Below, one piece after another: positions 1-10,128 of a stretch of DNA of 64,000 nt. Origin of the DNA: an uncultured Eubacteriales bacterium (lineage in GTDB: Bacteria > Bacillota > Clostridia > Christensenellales > CAG-138); the NCBI GenBank assembly GCA_902797145.1, contig CADBRR010000020.1:13725-77724 (forward strand), read 5' to 3'. Position 1 is the stretch's first letter, and the number at the start of each line of letters is the position of its first letter. The position numbers were made by a program, and so were the translations under genes. Under the pieces are notes generated by a model. The model did no database searches and was not told the origin of the DNA. It saw nothing but the letters and a program-made list of their open reading frames with translations.

Positions 1-1080
1 GCCCTTCCATGACTTGATTACAACCCAATCTTCGCCGGGGTTAGCTTTATCAACGCCTGCGTTCATAAAATATGTAACGTGCGCAAATTTTTCCGTTTCA
101 GCAATTCTGAGCTGTTTTTTGCCGAGCGATGAGAGATATTCGCCTATTGTATTGTTAATATCTACCGGTTCAAATGCAACGTTTACATGACCTGTAAATT
201 CTGAACCATATGTTGACATCGTTGTAAACTCTACCTTGAAATATCCGTTTTCACGAACGAATCCGTCAAAGTCCTCAAATACAAACGCACTCGTCATTGC
301 CTTTGCCCTATCGGGACGGAAGTTAAAGTAAATAATACTGTCGTTTTCCTTGATAGCTTCTGCACCGTCAATAACAGCAGGTACGATAAATTCATCATAA
401 ACACCGTTTGCAAATGATGCTTCAATAGCTTCTTTTGCAGTTTTATAATGTTCGCCTTTTCTCAATACCATTGCATCGTATGCAAGCTTTACTCTATCAT
501 AGTTCTTATCCCTATCCATAGCGTAATATCTGCCCGATACAGTTGCAATTTTACCTACGCCAACTTCTTTTATGATATTTTCTATCATCTCGATATATAC
601 AGGTGATTTATCGTATGATGTATCTCTTCCGTCTGTAAAGCAATGGATATAAACTTTTTCTATGCCATTTCGTTTTGCAAGCTCAAACAACGACTTAATA
701 TGATCAATGTGGCTATGAACTCCACCATCTGAACAAAGTCCCATAAGATGAAGTGCGCTGTTATGCTCTTTACAGTTTTCTATTGCTTTCAATAATGCCT
801 TATTCGTAAAGAATGTTCCATCTTCTATTGAAACATCAATCCTTGTTATATCCTGCATAACCACTCTGCCTGCGCCGATGTTTGTATGCCCTACTTCCGA
901 GTTGCCCATAAGCCCCTTAGGAAGTCCAACATATCTTTCTGATGCCTGAATTAACATATGCGGATATTCATTATATAGCTTTGTAAAATTCTTAACTCCG
1001 TCAATATATATTGCATTTCCCTCGTGCTTTTGAGAGTAACCAAATCCATCAAGGATAATAAGTGCTGTAAAATCCTTCAT
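1..1080 (-). CDS. gpmI: 2,3-bisphosphoglycerate-independent phosphoglycerate mutase; first 360 codons only, 3' end runs off the window
   Basis: My own reverse-strand translation from ATG at 1080 gives MKDFTALIILDGFGYSQKHEGNAI...MGNSEVGHTNIGA. The reading frame stays open to position 1, so it has no stop and is missing from the ORF track. AGGAGG lies upstream, and the gene sits directly downstream of pgk-tpi. Confidence 0.88.
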   Translation of the reverse strand, partial: MKDFTALIILDGFGYSQKHEGNAIYIDGVKNFTKLYNEYPHMLIQASERYVGLPKGLMGNSEVGHTNIGAGRVVMQDITRIDVSIEDGTFFTNKALLKAIENCKEHNSALHLMGLCSDGGVHSHIDHIKSLFELAKRNGIEKVYIHCFTDGRDTSYDKSPVYIEMIENIIKEVGVGKIATVSGRYYAMDRDKNYDRVKLAYDAMVLRKGEHYKTAKEAIEASFANGVYDEFIVPAVIDGAEAIKENDSIIYFNFRPDRAKAMTSAFVFEDFDGFVRENGYFKVEFTTMSTYGSEFTGHVNVAFEPVDINNTIGEYLSSLGKKQLRIAETEKFAHVTYFMNAGVDKANPGEDWVVIKSWKG

Positions 1081-1114
1081 TTATAACATTTCCTCCTATT
1101 TTTTATTCTCTTAA

Positions 1115-1141
1115 GAGCCTTACGGAAAATCCGTAAAGCTC
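1115..1141 (-). promoter_or_regulatory. Intercistronic stem-loop between tpi and gpmI, with no U-tract
   Basis: The stem is 11 bp and is perfect only in the minus-strand RNA; the C.A mismatch on the plus strand becomes a G.U pair on the minus strand. The loop is 5 nt. It is followed by taagagaat rather than a T-run. Confidence 0.4.
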
Positions 1142-1164
1142 CTGCCAATTTCTATAATATTTAT

Positions 1165-3099
1165 TTATACTTGTGTTATTGCAGCAAAATCTTCTGCGTT
1201 AAGGCTTGCGCCGCCAACGAGTCCACCATCGAGGTTAGGTTGTGAAAAGATTTCTTCTGCGTTGCGTGAACAAATGCTTCCACCATAAATCAATCTTACA
1301 CATTCTGCAACATCTTCGCCATACATATCCCTTATCTTATGCCTAATTGTGCATATAGCATCTTCTGCCTGTGCAGATGTTGCGCACTTACCTGTACCGA
1401 TTGCCCATACGGGTTCATATGCTATTATTGATTTTACCACTTGCTCGCCTGTAAAGCCTTCAAGCGCCTTTTCTACCTGTGCAAGTACAACTTCTTCCAT
1501 CTTTCCGTCTTCACGTTCTTCAAGCGTTTCGCCAACGCAGATTATCGGGATTATATCATTTTCAAGTGCTGCCTTTGCACGCTTATTTACCGTTTCGTCT
1601 GTTTCGCCAAAGAATTTTCTTCTCTCGCTATGACCTACTATTGCATATTCAACATCCATACTCTTGAGCATCTTTGCGCTTACTTCGCCTGTAAATGCGC
1701 CATCTTCTGCCCAATGAACATTCTGTGCGCCAAGGTGGATATAAGTATTTTCAGTAATCTTTCTTACCCTATCAAGGCATACGAAAGGCGGAATTACTAT
1801 TACATCGCAATTAACATCTTTTGCAATAGGAAGAATATCGCTTACTAACTTTTCAGCTTCTTCGGGCGTTTTGTTCATCTTCCAATTGCCTGCAATTACC
1901 AACCTACGCTTATTTTCAAGTGCAACTACACCGGGCAAATCTATACCCTCTAAAAATTCGAGTGAAGCGCCGCCGCCTGTTGAAATATGTGTCATCTTAT
2001 CGGCATAGCCGAGCTTCTTTACTGCCGCTGCTGAATCTCCGCCGCCTATAATCGTTGTTCCACCGCATTCTGCGCAAGCGTGTGCTATTGCTTCAGTACC
2101 CTTTGCAAAGTTCGGAAATTCAAATACGCCCATAGGACCATTCCATACAACAGTCTTAGCTTTCTTTATCTCGTTTGCAAACAATTCCCTTGTTTTTTCG
2201 CCTATATCCATGCCCATCATATCAGCGGGAATTGCATCTGACGAAACTGTCATATATTCTGCATCTTTATCAAATTCCTTTGTAACTACTGTATCAACAG
2301 GAATCAAAAGCTTTACACCCTTTGCCTTAGCCTTTTCCATAATGCACTTTGCTGTTTCTATATGTTCTTCATCAAGCAAAGACGTTCCAATCTCTCTACC
2401 CAATGCTTTGAAGAATGTATATGACATACCACCGCCGATAATCAAAGTATCGCACTTACTCATTATGTTCTCAATAACACCAATCTTATCTTTAACCTTT
2501 GCTCCGCCCAATATAGCAACAAACGGTCTTTCAGGGCGTTCGAGCGCTTTGCCCATAACTGAAAGTTCTTTACCGATAAGGAATCCTGCAACTGCCGGGA
2601 TATAATCTGCAACACCTGCTGTTGATGCGTGCGCCCTATGAACGGTACCGAATGCATCCGATACAAAAATATCCGCAAATGATGCAAGTGCTTTTGCAAA
2701 TTCAGGATCGTTCTTTTCCTCTTCCTTGTGGAATCTTGTGTTTTCAAGCAAAAGAATTTCGCCCTCTTTAAGATTTGCTGCCTTTTCCTTAGCGTCATCG
2801 CCAATAACATCGTGCGCAAAAATTACCTTCGTATCGCCCATGAGTTCCTGAAGCCTTCTTGCTACCGTCGCAAGCGAAAATTCTTCCTTGTACTCTCCCT
2901 TAGGTCTGCCAAGATGTGAGCAAAGAATAACCTTTGCATTGTTCTTTACAAGATATTCAATAGTAGGCAATGCTGCAATTATTCGCTTATCATCGCTAAC
3001 GCATTTATTTTCATCGAGCGGCACATTGAAGTCTACTCTTACGAGTACCCTCTTGCCGCTAACACAAATATCCTTAACAGTTTTTTTATTTGTTTTCAT
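1165..3099 (-). CDS. pgk-tpi: Bifunctional phosphoglycerate kinase / triosephosphate isomerase (in-frame fusion)
   Basis: The 644-aa ORF has an N-terminal PGK part ([30 protein letters not shown]). It continues without a stop into TIM (IAGNWKMNK...VGHSERR...[11 protein letters not shown]...YGGS). Confidence 0.92.
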   Translation of the reverse strand: MKTNKKTVKDICVSGKRVLVRVDFNVPLDENKCVSDDKRIIAALPTIEYLVKNNAKVILCSHLGRPKGEYKEEFSLATVARRLQELMGDTKVIFAHDVIGDDAKEKAANLKEGEILLLENTRFHKEEEKNDPEFAKALASFADIFVSDAFGTVHRAHASTAGVADYIPAVAGFLIGKELSVMGKALERPERPFVAILGGAKVKDKIGVIENIMSKCDTLIIGGGMSYTFFKALGREIGTSLLDEEHIETAKCIMEKAKAKGVKLLIPVDTVVTKEFDKDAEYMTVSSDAIPADMMGMDIGEKTRELFANEIKKAKTVVWNGPMGVFEFPNFAKGTEAIAHACAECGGTTIIGGGDSAAAVKKLGYADKMTHISTGGGASLEFLEGIDLPGVVALENKRRLVIAGNWKMNKTPEEAEKLVSDILPIAKDVNCDVIVIPPFVCLDRVRKITENTYIHLGAQNVHWAEDGAFTGEVSAKMLKSMDVEYAIVGHSERRKFFGETDETVNKRAKAALENDIIPIICVGETLEEREDGKMEEVVLAQVEKALEGFTGEQVVKSIIAYEPVWAIGTGKCATSAQAEDAICTIRHKIRDMYGEDVAECVRLIYGGSICSRNAEEIFSQPNLDGGLVGGASLNAEDFAAITQV

Positions 3100-3135
3100 A
3101 ATAAACTCCTTAATAACTCCTTACATATAGTCTGA

Positions 3136-4383
3136 TTATTTTCTTATCTGACCTTCGCCATAAATTATATACTTAATGCTTGTTATCTCATTAAGTCCCA
3201 TAGGGCCTCTTGCGTGCATCTTTTGCGTGGAAATACCAATTTCCGCACCGAGTCCGAACTCGAAGCCGTCTGTAAATCTCGTTGAAGCATTCGCATAAAC
3301 GCACGCAGCATCAATCTCACGCAAAAACTTCTGAACTTTAAAATAGTTTTTAGTAACTATCGCTTCAGAATGGCCTGAGCCATGCTCGTTAATATGCTCT
3401 ATCGCTTCATCTATATCTTTTACAATTTTGACCGAAATTATGTAATCGTTATATTCGGTATAATAATCTTCTTCTGTTGCTTCTTTAGCATCTTTAATTA
3501 TTGCCCTTGTCTTTTCGCAACCACGCCACTCAACATTTTTTGCATCGAGCTTTGCTTTTGCAAGCGGCAAAAACTTATCAGCTATTTCTTCATCTACAAG
3601 TAAACTCTCTATTGCGTTGCAAACTGACGGTCTTTGACATTTTGCATTGAACAAAATATCAAGTGCCATATCAAAATCAGCTTCGCTTTCAATATAAAGA
3701 TGACAGTTTCCCATACCCGTTTCAATTACGGGAACCTTTGCATTTTCAACAACGCTTCTTATAAGACCTTTTCCGCCTCGTGGAATAAGCACATCAATAT
3801 ATTTTGTAAGCTGCATAAGCTCTGTTGCGCTCTCCCTTGTCGTATCCTGTACAAGTGCAATACAATCCTCGCTCAAGCCTGCCTTTTTAAGGCATTCACG
3901 CATAATAATTGTCAATGCGTTGTTTGAATGGAATGCCTCCTTACCGCCACGCAATATTGCGCTATTGCCTGCCTTTAAGCACAATACAGCCGCATCAACT
4001 GTTACATTAGGTCTTGCTTCATAGATAATACCAATCGTTCCGAGCGGAACCCTCTGCTTGCCGATAATAAGTCCGTTAGGTCGTTTAACCATTTCGATAA
4101 CTTCGCCAATCGGATCTTTAAGCTGTGCAACCTGCCTTACGCCCTCTGCAATACCTTCTATACGCTCTTTCGTAAGCGTAAGTCTGTCTATCATCTGTGG
4201 CCTAACTCCGTTTTCCTTTGCATTTTTAAGGTCAACTGAATTTGCCTCGATGATAGCATCGCTTTTCTCAACAAGTGTTTTCGCTATGAGCATAAGCGCA
4301 TCATTTTTCATCTGCGTGCTTGCAACAGCAAGCGAAGAAGCTGCTTTTTTAGCTTTAGCTCCCATTATTTCAAGCTCTGTCAT
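3136..4383 (-). CDS. proA: Gamma-glutamyl phosphate reductase
   Basis: 415 aa, aldehyde-dehydrogenase-type ProA motifs (GVIGIIYEARPNVT-like, NASTRFTDG), directly downstream of proB. Confidence 0.92.
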   Translation of the reverse strand: MTELEIMGAKAKKAASSLAVASTQMKNDALMLIAKTLVEKSDAIIEANSVDLKNAKENGVRPQMIDRLTLTKERIEGIAEGVRQVAQLKDPIGEVIEMVKRPNGLIIGKQRVPLGTIGIIYEARPNVTVDAAVLCLKAGNSAILRGGKEAFHSNNALTIIMRECLKKAGLSEDCIALVQDTTRESATELMQLTKYIDVLIPRGGKGLIRSVVENAKVPVIETGMGNCHLYIESEADFDMALDILFNAKCQRPSVCNAIESLLVDEEIADKFLPLAKAKLDAKNVEWRGCEKTRAIIKDAKEATEEDYYTEYNDYIISVKIVKDIDEAIEHINEHGSGHSEAIVTKNYFKVQKFLREIDAACVYANASTRFTDGFEFGLGAEIGISTQKMHARGPMGLNEITSIKYIIYGEGQIRK

Positions 4384-4392
4384 ATTATTCTC

Positions 4393-5172
4393 CTATTCTC
4401 TATCAGCTATAAATAATGTTCCTATTCTTTCACCCTTCAGTATTGAGTATATTACATCGGGGTCGCTTCCATTTGCAATTACCATATTTATTCCGTTATC
4501 CATACAATGCTTTGCCGCTTCAAGCTTTGTAACCATACCGCCCGTTCCACGATTTGACGTCGCATCTCCTGCAAGGTGCATAACGCTATCAATATCACGA
4601 ACTTCGCTTATAAGCTTTGCATTCGCATTCTTATGTGGATCAGAATCGTACAACCCATCAATATCCGTAAACAGTATCAGCAAGTCTGCCTTTATAAGCG
4701 TTGCTACTGTTGCAGAAAGGTTATCGTTATCACCGATAAGAATTTCATCAACTGCAACCGAGTCATTTTCATTTACAATAGGTACGATACCGTATTCAAG
4801 CAGAGTATTGAACGTATTTGTTAGATTTTCACTTCTATGCTCGTTTTCAACATCTTTTTTGTTGAGCAATATCTGAGCAACACTATGTCCATATTCTGAA
4901 AAGAATTTTTCATACATATAAAGCAATGCGCCCTGACCTACTGCCGCAGACGCCTGCTTAATCCTGAGTTCTTTCGGCTTTTCACTCAAACCAAGCCTCG
5001 AAAAACCTGCTGCAATAGCGCCCGATGAAACAAGCACCACCTCAATGCCCATATTCAGGACATCAGACAATACTTTGCTGAGGTGGTCAACATTCTTTAT
5101 ATTTATCTTTCCGTTTTCATGCGTAAGTGTCGAAGAACCGACCTTAACCGCAATTCTCTTTATATTTTTCAC
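4393..5172 (-). CDS. proB: Glutamate 5-kinase, short form without a PUA domain
   Basis: 259 aa with an amino-acid kinase fold (KVGSSTLT, VSSGAIAAG, GDNDNLSA). GTG start. A TGTTATAAT extended -10 lies upstream. Confidence 0.9.
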   Translation of the reverse strand: MKNIKRIAVKVGSSTLTHENGKINIKNVDHLSKVLSDVLNMGIEVVLVSSGAIAAGFSRLGLSEKPKELRIKQASAAVGQGALLYMYEKFFSEYGHSVAQILLNKKDVENEHRSENLTNTFNTLLEYGIVPIVNENDSVAVDEILIGDNDNLSATVATLIKADLLILFTDIDGLYDSDPHKNANAKLISEVRDIDSVMHLAGDATSNRGTGGMVTKLEAAKHCMDNGINMVIANGSDPDVIYSILKGERIGTLFIADRE

Positions 5173-5227
5173 TTTTAACTTCTGCCTTTTTTAAAGTTAT
5201 TACCTATCTATATTATAACAAACCAAG

Positions 5228-5848
5228 TTAATTTTCAACATCAATTTGTTCAATTTCATTATCTTCATCATCTTTTTGCATTTGTGCCTTTAACTGCAAT
5301 TTAAATTCACGCCTAAACCAATATACCACTCTAAACAGGCACACTATTACTGCCACTACAAGGTCAACCCTGCCAAGCAGCATAAACTTGAACCTCAAAT
5401 AATAAAGCGTCATCGTCTTAAATGTTGAAAGCAGCCATTCCATTACTATAACGCACCTTGCAGCAATTACAGTATGCAGCATTGCATAGCCTAAACAAGC
5501 AATTACGGGCGCATATGATTTTACCTTTCCACCTTTCCAGAACAGGTCCGGATCTCCGTGAAAAATTTCGGACAAGTATCTTGTAATCTTTGTCTGATTC
5601 GTATACACCGTTTTATATTTTATATAGCTATAATAACCAAGCGCAGCTATTGCTATTGCTGTAATAAGGTTTACTACAATAAGTCCGGGCCAGCCCCATC
5701 CTAAAAAGAACACGAGCGGATTTCCCTCTTTTTCAAGCGTTGGCGTATTATAATAAGTCAACGCACCATCTACTATTACGAGAAAAGCATATATAAAAAT
5801 AAGTATATAAAACGTTCTCGCCTTTTTCTTCTCCATCATTCCCACCAT
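5228..5848 (-). CDS. Multi-pass membrane protein, DUF5658-like (E-G-NP motif)
   Basis: 206 aa with several hydrophobic helices and a LEKEGNPL motif. Its start abuts the stop of the upstream gene. The family call is from memory. Confidence 0.6.
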   Translation of the reverse strand: MVGMMEKKKARTFYILIFIYAFLVIVDGALTYYNTPTLEKEGNPLVFFLGWGWPGLIVVNLITAIAIAALGYYSYIKYKTVYTNQTKITRYLSEIFHGDPDLFWKGGKVKSYAPVIACLGYAMLHTVIAARCVIVMEWLLSTFKTMTLYYLRFKFMLLGRVDLVVAVIVCLFRVVYWFRREFKLQLKAQMQKDDEDNEIEQIDVEN

Positions 5849-6457
5849 TTATTTTTTCCTGTTTTTTATTTTGTCCGTAATGAATGCAAGTATGAATGCT
5901 ACCGCAAATATAGCTACTGCCCATAATATTGATGCATAAAACGGCTGTTCATAAACATATAAAAACGGATATGGACCATGCATTATTTTAGCTATATTAA
6001 GCAGCGTTGTTATAAACGCATATATAACTGTCGGTATAGTTGCGATAAGCACATTATGTTTAAATTCAGGTCTTTTATCGAAAACTATATATGATACAAA
6101 CGCAAGTATTGGGCAAAGCAAATGATGATAAAGCAAAGCATCATCGAGCAATAAATGCGAAAGCCCACCTGAATTTTTCATTGGCGCAAGCATTGTTACA
6201 ACCACAACAAACGTTATAAACAACATACATACTGACATATATTTTAACATTCCAGCGTTGTTTGACAACTCCTTTTTGCGCAAATAATATACTGCGCAAA
6301 CTATGCACGCTATCTGAGAAAGTATATTGCTATCAACCGTATAGTATGCAAGCATACCAATTCCGTGGTGTGCTATTTCCATAACATCGCCTATTATTCC
6401 AAGGACAGCAATAATTATATTCACGCTTGCAGCCAACAAAAATTTTCTGTCATTCAT
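5849..6457 (-). CDS. Multi-pass membrane protein, Pr6Pr-like
   Basis: 202 aa with about six TM helices and a YYTVDSNIL motif reminiscent of the Pr6Pr family. The family call is from memory. Confidence 0.6.
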   Translation of the reverse strand: MNDRKFLLAASVNIIIAVLGIIGDVMEIAHHGIGMLAYYTVDSNILSQIACIVCAVYYLRKKELSNNAGMLKYMSVCMLFITFVVVVTMLAPMKNSGGLSHLLLDDALLYHHLLCPILAFVSYIVFDKRPEFKHNVLIATIPTVIYAFITTLLNIAKIMHGPYPFLYVYEQPFYASILWAVAIFAVAFILAFITDKIKNRKK

Positions 6458-6527
6458 ACCATACTCCCGATAAAAATACCCTTATATTATTATAATATGT
6501 ATTTCCAAATAAAACAAGGCAATTTTC

Positions 6528-7199
6528 CTATTTTACCGATATTTTAAGCGTTTTTAGATATTCTTTTTTATCGTCGGGTATTCTGTAGCTTTCGACCGCC
6601 TTTTGAATAGCCTTATTATGCGTAAACTTCTTAAGCGTTTTTGCCTCAATATATTTTACTGCTGTATCGTACTGTTTTGCAAGCGCAGTGGCAAGATACC
6701 ACGACTGCATCATATTTATATAATACTCATCGCTTTTGACGGAACAGACCATATCTATATATTCTTTTTTAAATTCATCATCAAGATAGAAACTTAACAA
6801 AAGCCCCATAGCATATCTTATTGTATATGTATGTTCTGATGAAATCCAGCGTTTTATTTCGTTTAAGAGTTTATCTGTATTTTTCTTGAAAACTTTAATT
6901 TTCAAGCTATCGCACGTCGCCCAATTATCGACATATGGCAAAAACGCATCCACTTGCTTTACCGCCTCGTTATAATCCTTAATATTTTCGAGCATAAACG
7001 CATGGAGGTTATTTTCTTCATAATATTTATGGGGGAGAGTTGAAATGAACTCCTTATTAAACCCAATATCTTTTGCTATTTTTTTAAGTTCCGGCGTTCT
7101 TATGCCTATTATTGTTTCTTTATCGACATCAGGTATCAGCTTTGACATAAAATCCCTATATTTTAAATCCTGATGCTCAAATAAAATTCCCTGTATCAT
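6528..7199 (-). CDS. DNA alkylation repair protein (AlkD-like HEAT-repeat family)
   Basis: MIQGILFEHQDLKYRDFMSKLIPD...IGIRTPELKKIAK is typical of this family. I chose the internal ATG at 7199; the ORF-track start at 7304 would overlap the upstream permease. Confidence 0.78.
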   Translation of the reverse strand: MIQGILFEHQDLKYRDFMSKLIPDVDKETIIGIRTPELKKIAKDIGFNKEFISTLPHKYYEENNLHAFMLENIKDYNEAVKQVDAFLPYVDNWATCDSLKIKVFKKNTDKLLNEIKRWISSEHTYTIRYAMGLLLSFYLDDEFKKEYIDMVCSVKSDEYYINMMQSWYLATALAKQYDTAVKYIEAKTLKKFTHNKAIQKAVESYRIPDDKKEYLKTLKISVK

Positions 7200-7290
7200 A
7201 AATTTTCCCTTTACATTTTTTGATTTTATTATAGTATTTTCCGCAAAATAAAACAAGTGCCGCCACAGAATATGCAGCAGCACAATAATA

Positions 7291-9279
7291 TTATTTTTTA
7301 ACAACTATTCTATAATAAGCCCTTGAAGTTATAGAATAAACGAGCGTATACAATACTGCAAATACAGCAAAGCAGATAAGCGTAACCGTAAGCTGAAACA
7401 TAGTATCCTGTATTGAGAACAAAATAAGCAATTTTGATATAATCCTAAATGCAAACGCAATATGGATACCTGCAACAATAAGTGGAAGGAAGAACATAGT
7501 CAACATCTGCGAATTTATAGTTTTTCTTATCTCCTTGTTCGTCATTCCGACATTCTGAAGAATCTCAAATCTATTTTCATCTTCATAGCCCTCTGTTATC
7601 TGCTTATAGTAAATAATAAGTACAGATGCTATCATAAATACGAAGCTTAAAAGTATTCCGAGCATAAAAATTCCACCATACACTGCGAGAAATTCCGCAT
7701 ACGCATCTGCGCTCGAATCTATCAAATACAAGCCCTGTATATCATTATATTTTTCATATTCATCAATGTCCTTGAGAATCTTTGAACGTATACTTTGCTG
7801 TTCCTTGCGATTTGCATCAACATCGAAGCAATGGAATCTATTGACCCTATCCACATCAATAGTACTGCTTGAATAAAAGCCCTTTACAACATCATACAGG
7901 CGATAAACGGAATCCATATCATTAACGACTATCGTAAAGTATTCCCTATCAATAAGGAATCCATTTGTGCCTATTCTATTTTCTACACGCTTAATATTGA
8001 GCTGTGTATTTTCAAGATATATCTTATCATAATTAAACTTTCCGTTCATATTAAGCGTCTGGATAATAACCTCATTATCTTCGAGCGTTTCGTGCTTATT
8101 CTCTACCGTATTATAATAATCAAGGCAAACAACGCTTATGTTACAGCTGTTATTCCTCACAATATTATCCCTTGAATAGGTCAGCTTATCTCCGTCCTTT
8201 TCTGCCATAATATCGAACATAGCATAATCAAGTGTGTTCTTTTGAACTATCCCTTCTTCATCTAAACATTTATTGACTATTGGCATAACCTTTTCATAAT
8301 CAAAAGCGCTTATAATGAACTGCCTTGGATACTGCTTTTCAAAAACGCTTGTGGAGCCAATATATGCAGTAGCGGTCGAAGAAATCATGACAAGAATCAT
8401 CGTTGCAATAATACATATAGAAGCGAGTCCTGCACCGTTTCTATTCATTCTAAACCTCAATGAAGAAACTGCAACAAAATGATTTTTCTTATAATAATAA
8501 CGCTTATTTCTTTTGAGCATATCGAGCAAGGCGCCCGAACCTGCAATAAACACAAGATATGTGCCTATTATAACGCAAGCAACCGCTATAAAGAACATAT
8601 ACATAGCTTTAACCGGGTCATCTGTCGTAAGCGCAATATAATAACCTGCGCCCAAGAAAAGTATGCCAAGAACTGCGCTGACCCACTTGACCTTTAATCG
8701 TCTTTCGCCCTGCGATACGCTTTTTAGAAGTTCAATAGGCTTTAATCTTGAAATCTGTATAAGCGATTTAATATATATAATAAAGAATATAGCTGCGAAC
8801 AAAACTGCTGTAATAACAATTGCGGTTACAGGCAAATGGAATGAAATTTGTACATCACCATCAAGCAGCTTTACTGAAATCATTTCACCGAGCTTTGCAA
8901 AAAGAACACCGCTTATAGTTCCTAAAATCATTGAAATTATATATATAATTATCGTTTCAAACAATAAAACCTTTGCTATATTTCCTTTGCTCATACCGAG
9001 TATGTTATATAAGCCAAACTCAGTTCTTCGCCTTTTCATAAGGAACGAGTTAGTATATATAAGGAAAATTATTGAGAATATTCCTATAACAATCATACCG
9101 ATTAACATCATTCTTGCAAGAACTCCGCCACCCTCGACATATTCAAGGTCCCTGCTTGAACATATTGCGCTTACAATCACGAACATCATAACCATTATTA
9201 TGCACGTGAGCAAATACGGCAAGTACAGTTTTTTGTTCTTTACCATAGAATCTATGGCTATTTTAGGATATAACTTCAC
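7291..9279 (-). CDS. BceB-type ABC transporter permease (FtsX domains, large extracellular loop)
   Basis: 662 aa with about 10 TM helices and a ~200-aa loop between TM7 and TM8. It overlaps the upstream ATPase gene by 4 nt. Confidence 0.85.
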   Translation of the reverse strand: MKLYPKIAIDSMVKNKKLYLPYLLTCIIMVMMFVIVSAICSSRDLEYVEGGGVLARMMLIGMIVIGIFSIIFLIYTNSFLMKRRRTEFGLYNILGMSKGNIAKVLLFETIIIYIISMILGTISGVLFAKLGEMISVKLLDGDVQISFHLPVTAIVITAVLFAAIFFIIYIKSLIQISRLKPIELLKSVSQGERRLKVKWVSAVLGILFLGAGYYIALTTDDPVKAMYMFFIAVACVIIGTYLVFIAGSGALLDMLKRNKRYYYKKNHFVAVSSLRFRMNRNGAGLASICIIATMILVMISSTATAYIGSTSVFEKQYPRQFIISAFDYEKVMPIVNKCLDEEGIVQKNTLDYAMFDIMAEKDGDKLTYSRDNIVRNNSCNISVVCLDYYNTVENKHETLEDNEVIIQTLNMNGKFNYDKIYLENTQLNIKRVENRIGTNGFLIDREYFTIVVNDMDSVYRLYDVVKGFYSSSTIDVDRVNRFHCFDVDANRKEQQSIRSKILKDIDEYEKYNDIQGLYLIDSSADAYAEFLAVYGGIFMLGILLSFVFMIASVLIIYYKQITEGYEDENRFEILQNVGMTNKEIRKTINSQMLTMFFLPLIVAGIHIAFAFRIISKLLILFSIQDTMFQLTVTLICFAVFAVLYTLVYSITSRAYYRIVVKK

Positions 9280-10037
9280 TTTTCATCACCACCTGAAGCA
9301 AGCATTGTAAGCGTATCAGAAATTTTCTTATAAAGCTGTTCATCGGAACTGTCGCCTCTATAAATCTGGTGGAACACTTCACCGTCTTTTATGAACAATA
9401 TCCTGTTTGCATGGCTTGCTGCAAGCACAGAATGAGTTACCATAAGTATAGTTTCGCCCGATTTATTGAGCTTTTCAAACAATTCAAGCAATTCTTGTGA
9501 TGATTTGCTGTCGAGTGCGCCTGTCGGTTCATCAGCAAGAATTATATCGGGGTCGGTTATTATTGCCCTTGCAACTGCTGCTCTTTGTTTTTGTCCGCCT
9601 GAAATTTCATACGGGAATTTATCGAGCAATTCGCTAATGCCGAGCTTTTCTGCAACCTCCATAGCCATCGTTTCAATACTGTTATGATGCTTTCCTGCAA
9701 GTACGAGCGGAAGCAGTATATTATCCTTTACAGAGAACGTATCAAGCAGATTAAAATCCTGAAATACAAACCCTATATTATCCCTTCTAAATTGGGCAAG
9801 GTTTGATTCCTTAATTTTTCCAACATCTACGCCATCCAATATAACTTCACCGCTTGTGGGTCTATCAAGCGATGCAAGAATGTTCAAAAGCGTTGTTTTA
9901 CCACTTCCCGATTCGCCCATTATTGCAACATATTCGCCTCTCTCTACCGAGAAATTAACATCTTTGAGCGCTTCAACGCTGATTGAGCCGAAGCGTGTTG
10001 TATATACTTTCTTTATATGTTTTACTTCAAGTAACAT
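9276..10037 (-). CDS. BceA-type ABC transporter ATP-binding protein
   Basis: Walker A GESGSGKTT, signature SGGQKQR, Walker B ILADEPT. AAGGAG RBS. Confidence 0.92.
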   Translation of the reverse strand: MLLEVKHIKKVYTTRFGSISVEALKDVNFSVERGEYVAIMGESGSGKTTLLNILASLDRPTSGEVILDGVDVGKIKESNLAQFRRDNIGFVFQDFNLLDTFSVKDNILLPLVLAGKHHNSIETMAMEVAEKLGISELLDKFPYEISGGQKQRAAVARAIITDPDIILADEPTGALDSKSSQELLELFEKLNKSGETILMVTHSVLAASHANRILFIKDGEVFHQIYRGDSSDEQLYKKISDTLTMLASGGDEK

Positions 10038-10055
10038 ATTATCACTCCTTTAAAA

Positions 10056-10099
10056 ACAAAAATGGATAACGAAAGCTTTTATCTTTCACTATCCATTTT
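10056..10099 (-). terminator. Intrinsic terminator after the methylase gene, nested in the putative bceAB promoter/5' UTR
   Basis: Minus strand reads aaaatggata-(loop)-tatccatttt followed by tgttttt. It lies only ~20 nt upstream of the bceA RBS. Confidence 0.6.
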
Positions 10100-10128
10100 A
10101 TAGCATTTTTTAAATCCGTACAATTGAT

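Noticed and set aside
4058-4876. 272-aa plus-strand ORF
   Set aside because: It lies entirely antisense to proA and proB, which carry clear family motifs. Its composition is low-complexity and rich in S/I/F/L, typical of a shadow frame.
8663-9310. 215-aa plus-strand ORF
   Set aside because: It is antisense to the BceB-type permease. It has no RBS and a shadow-ORF composition.
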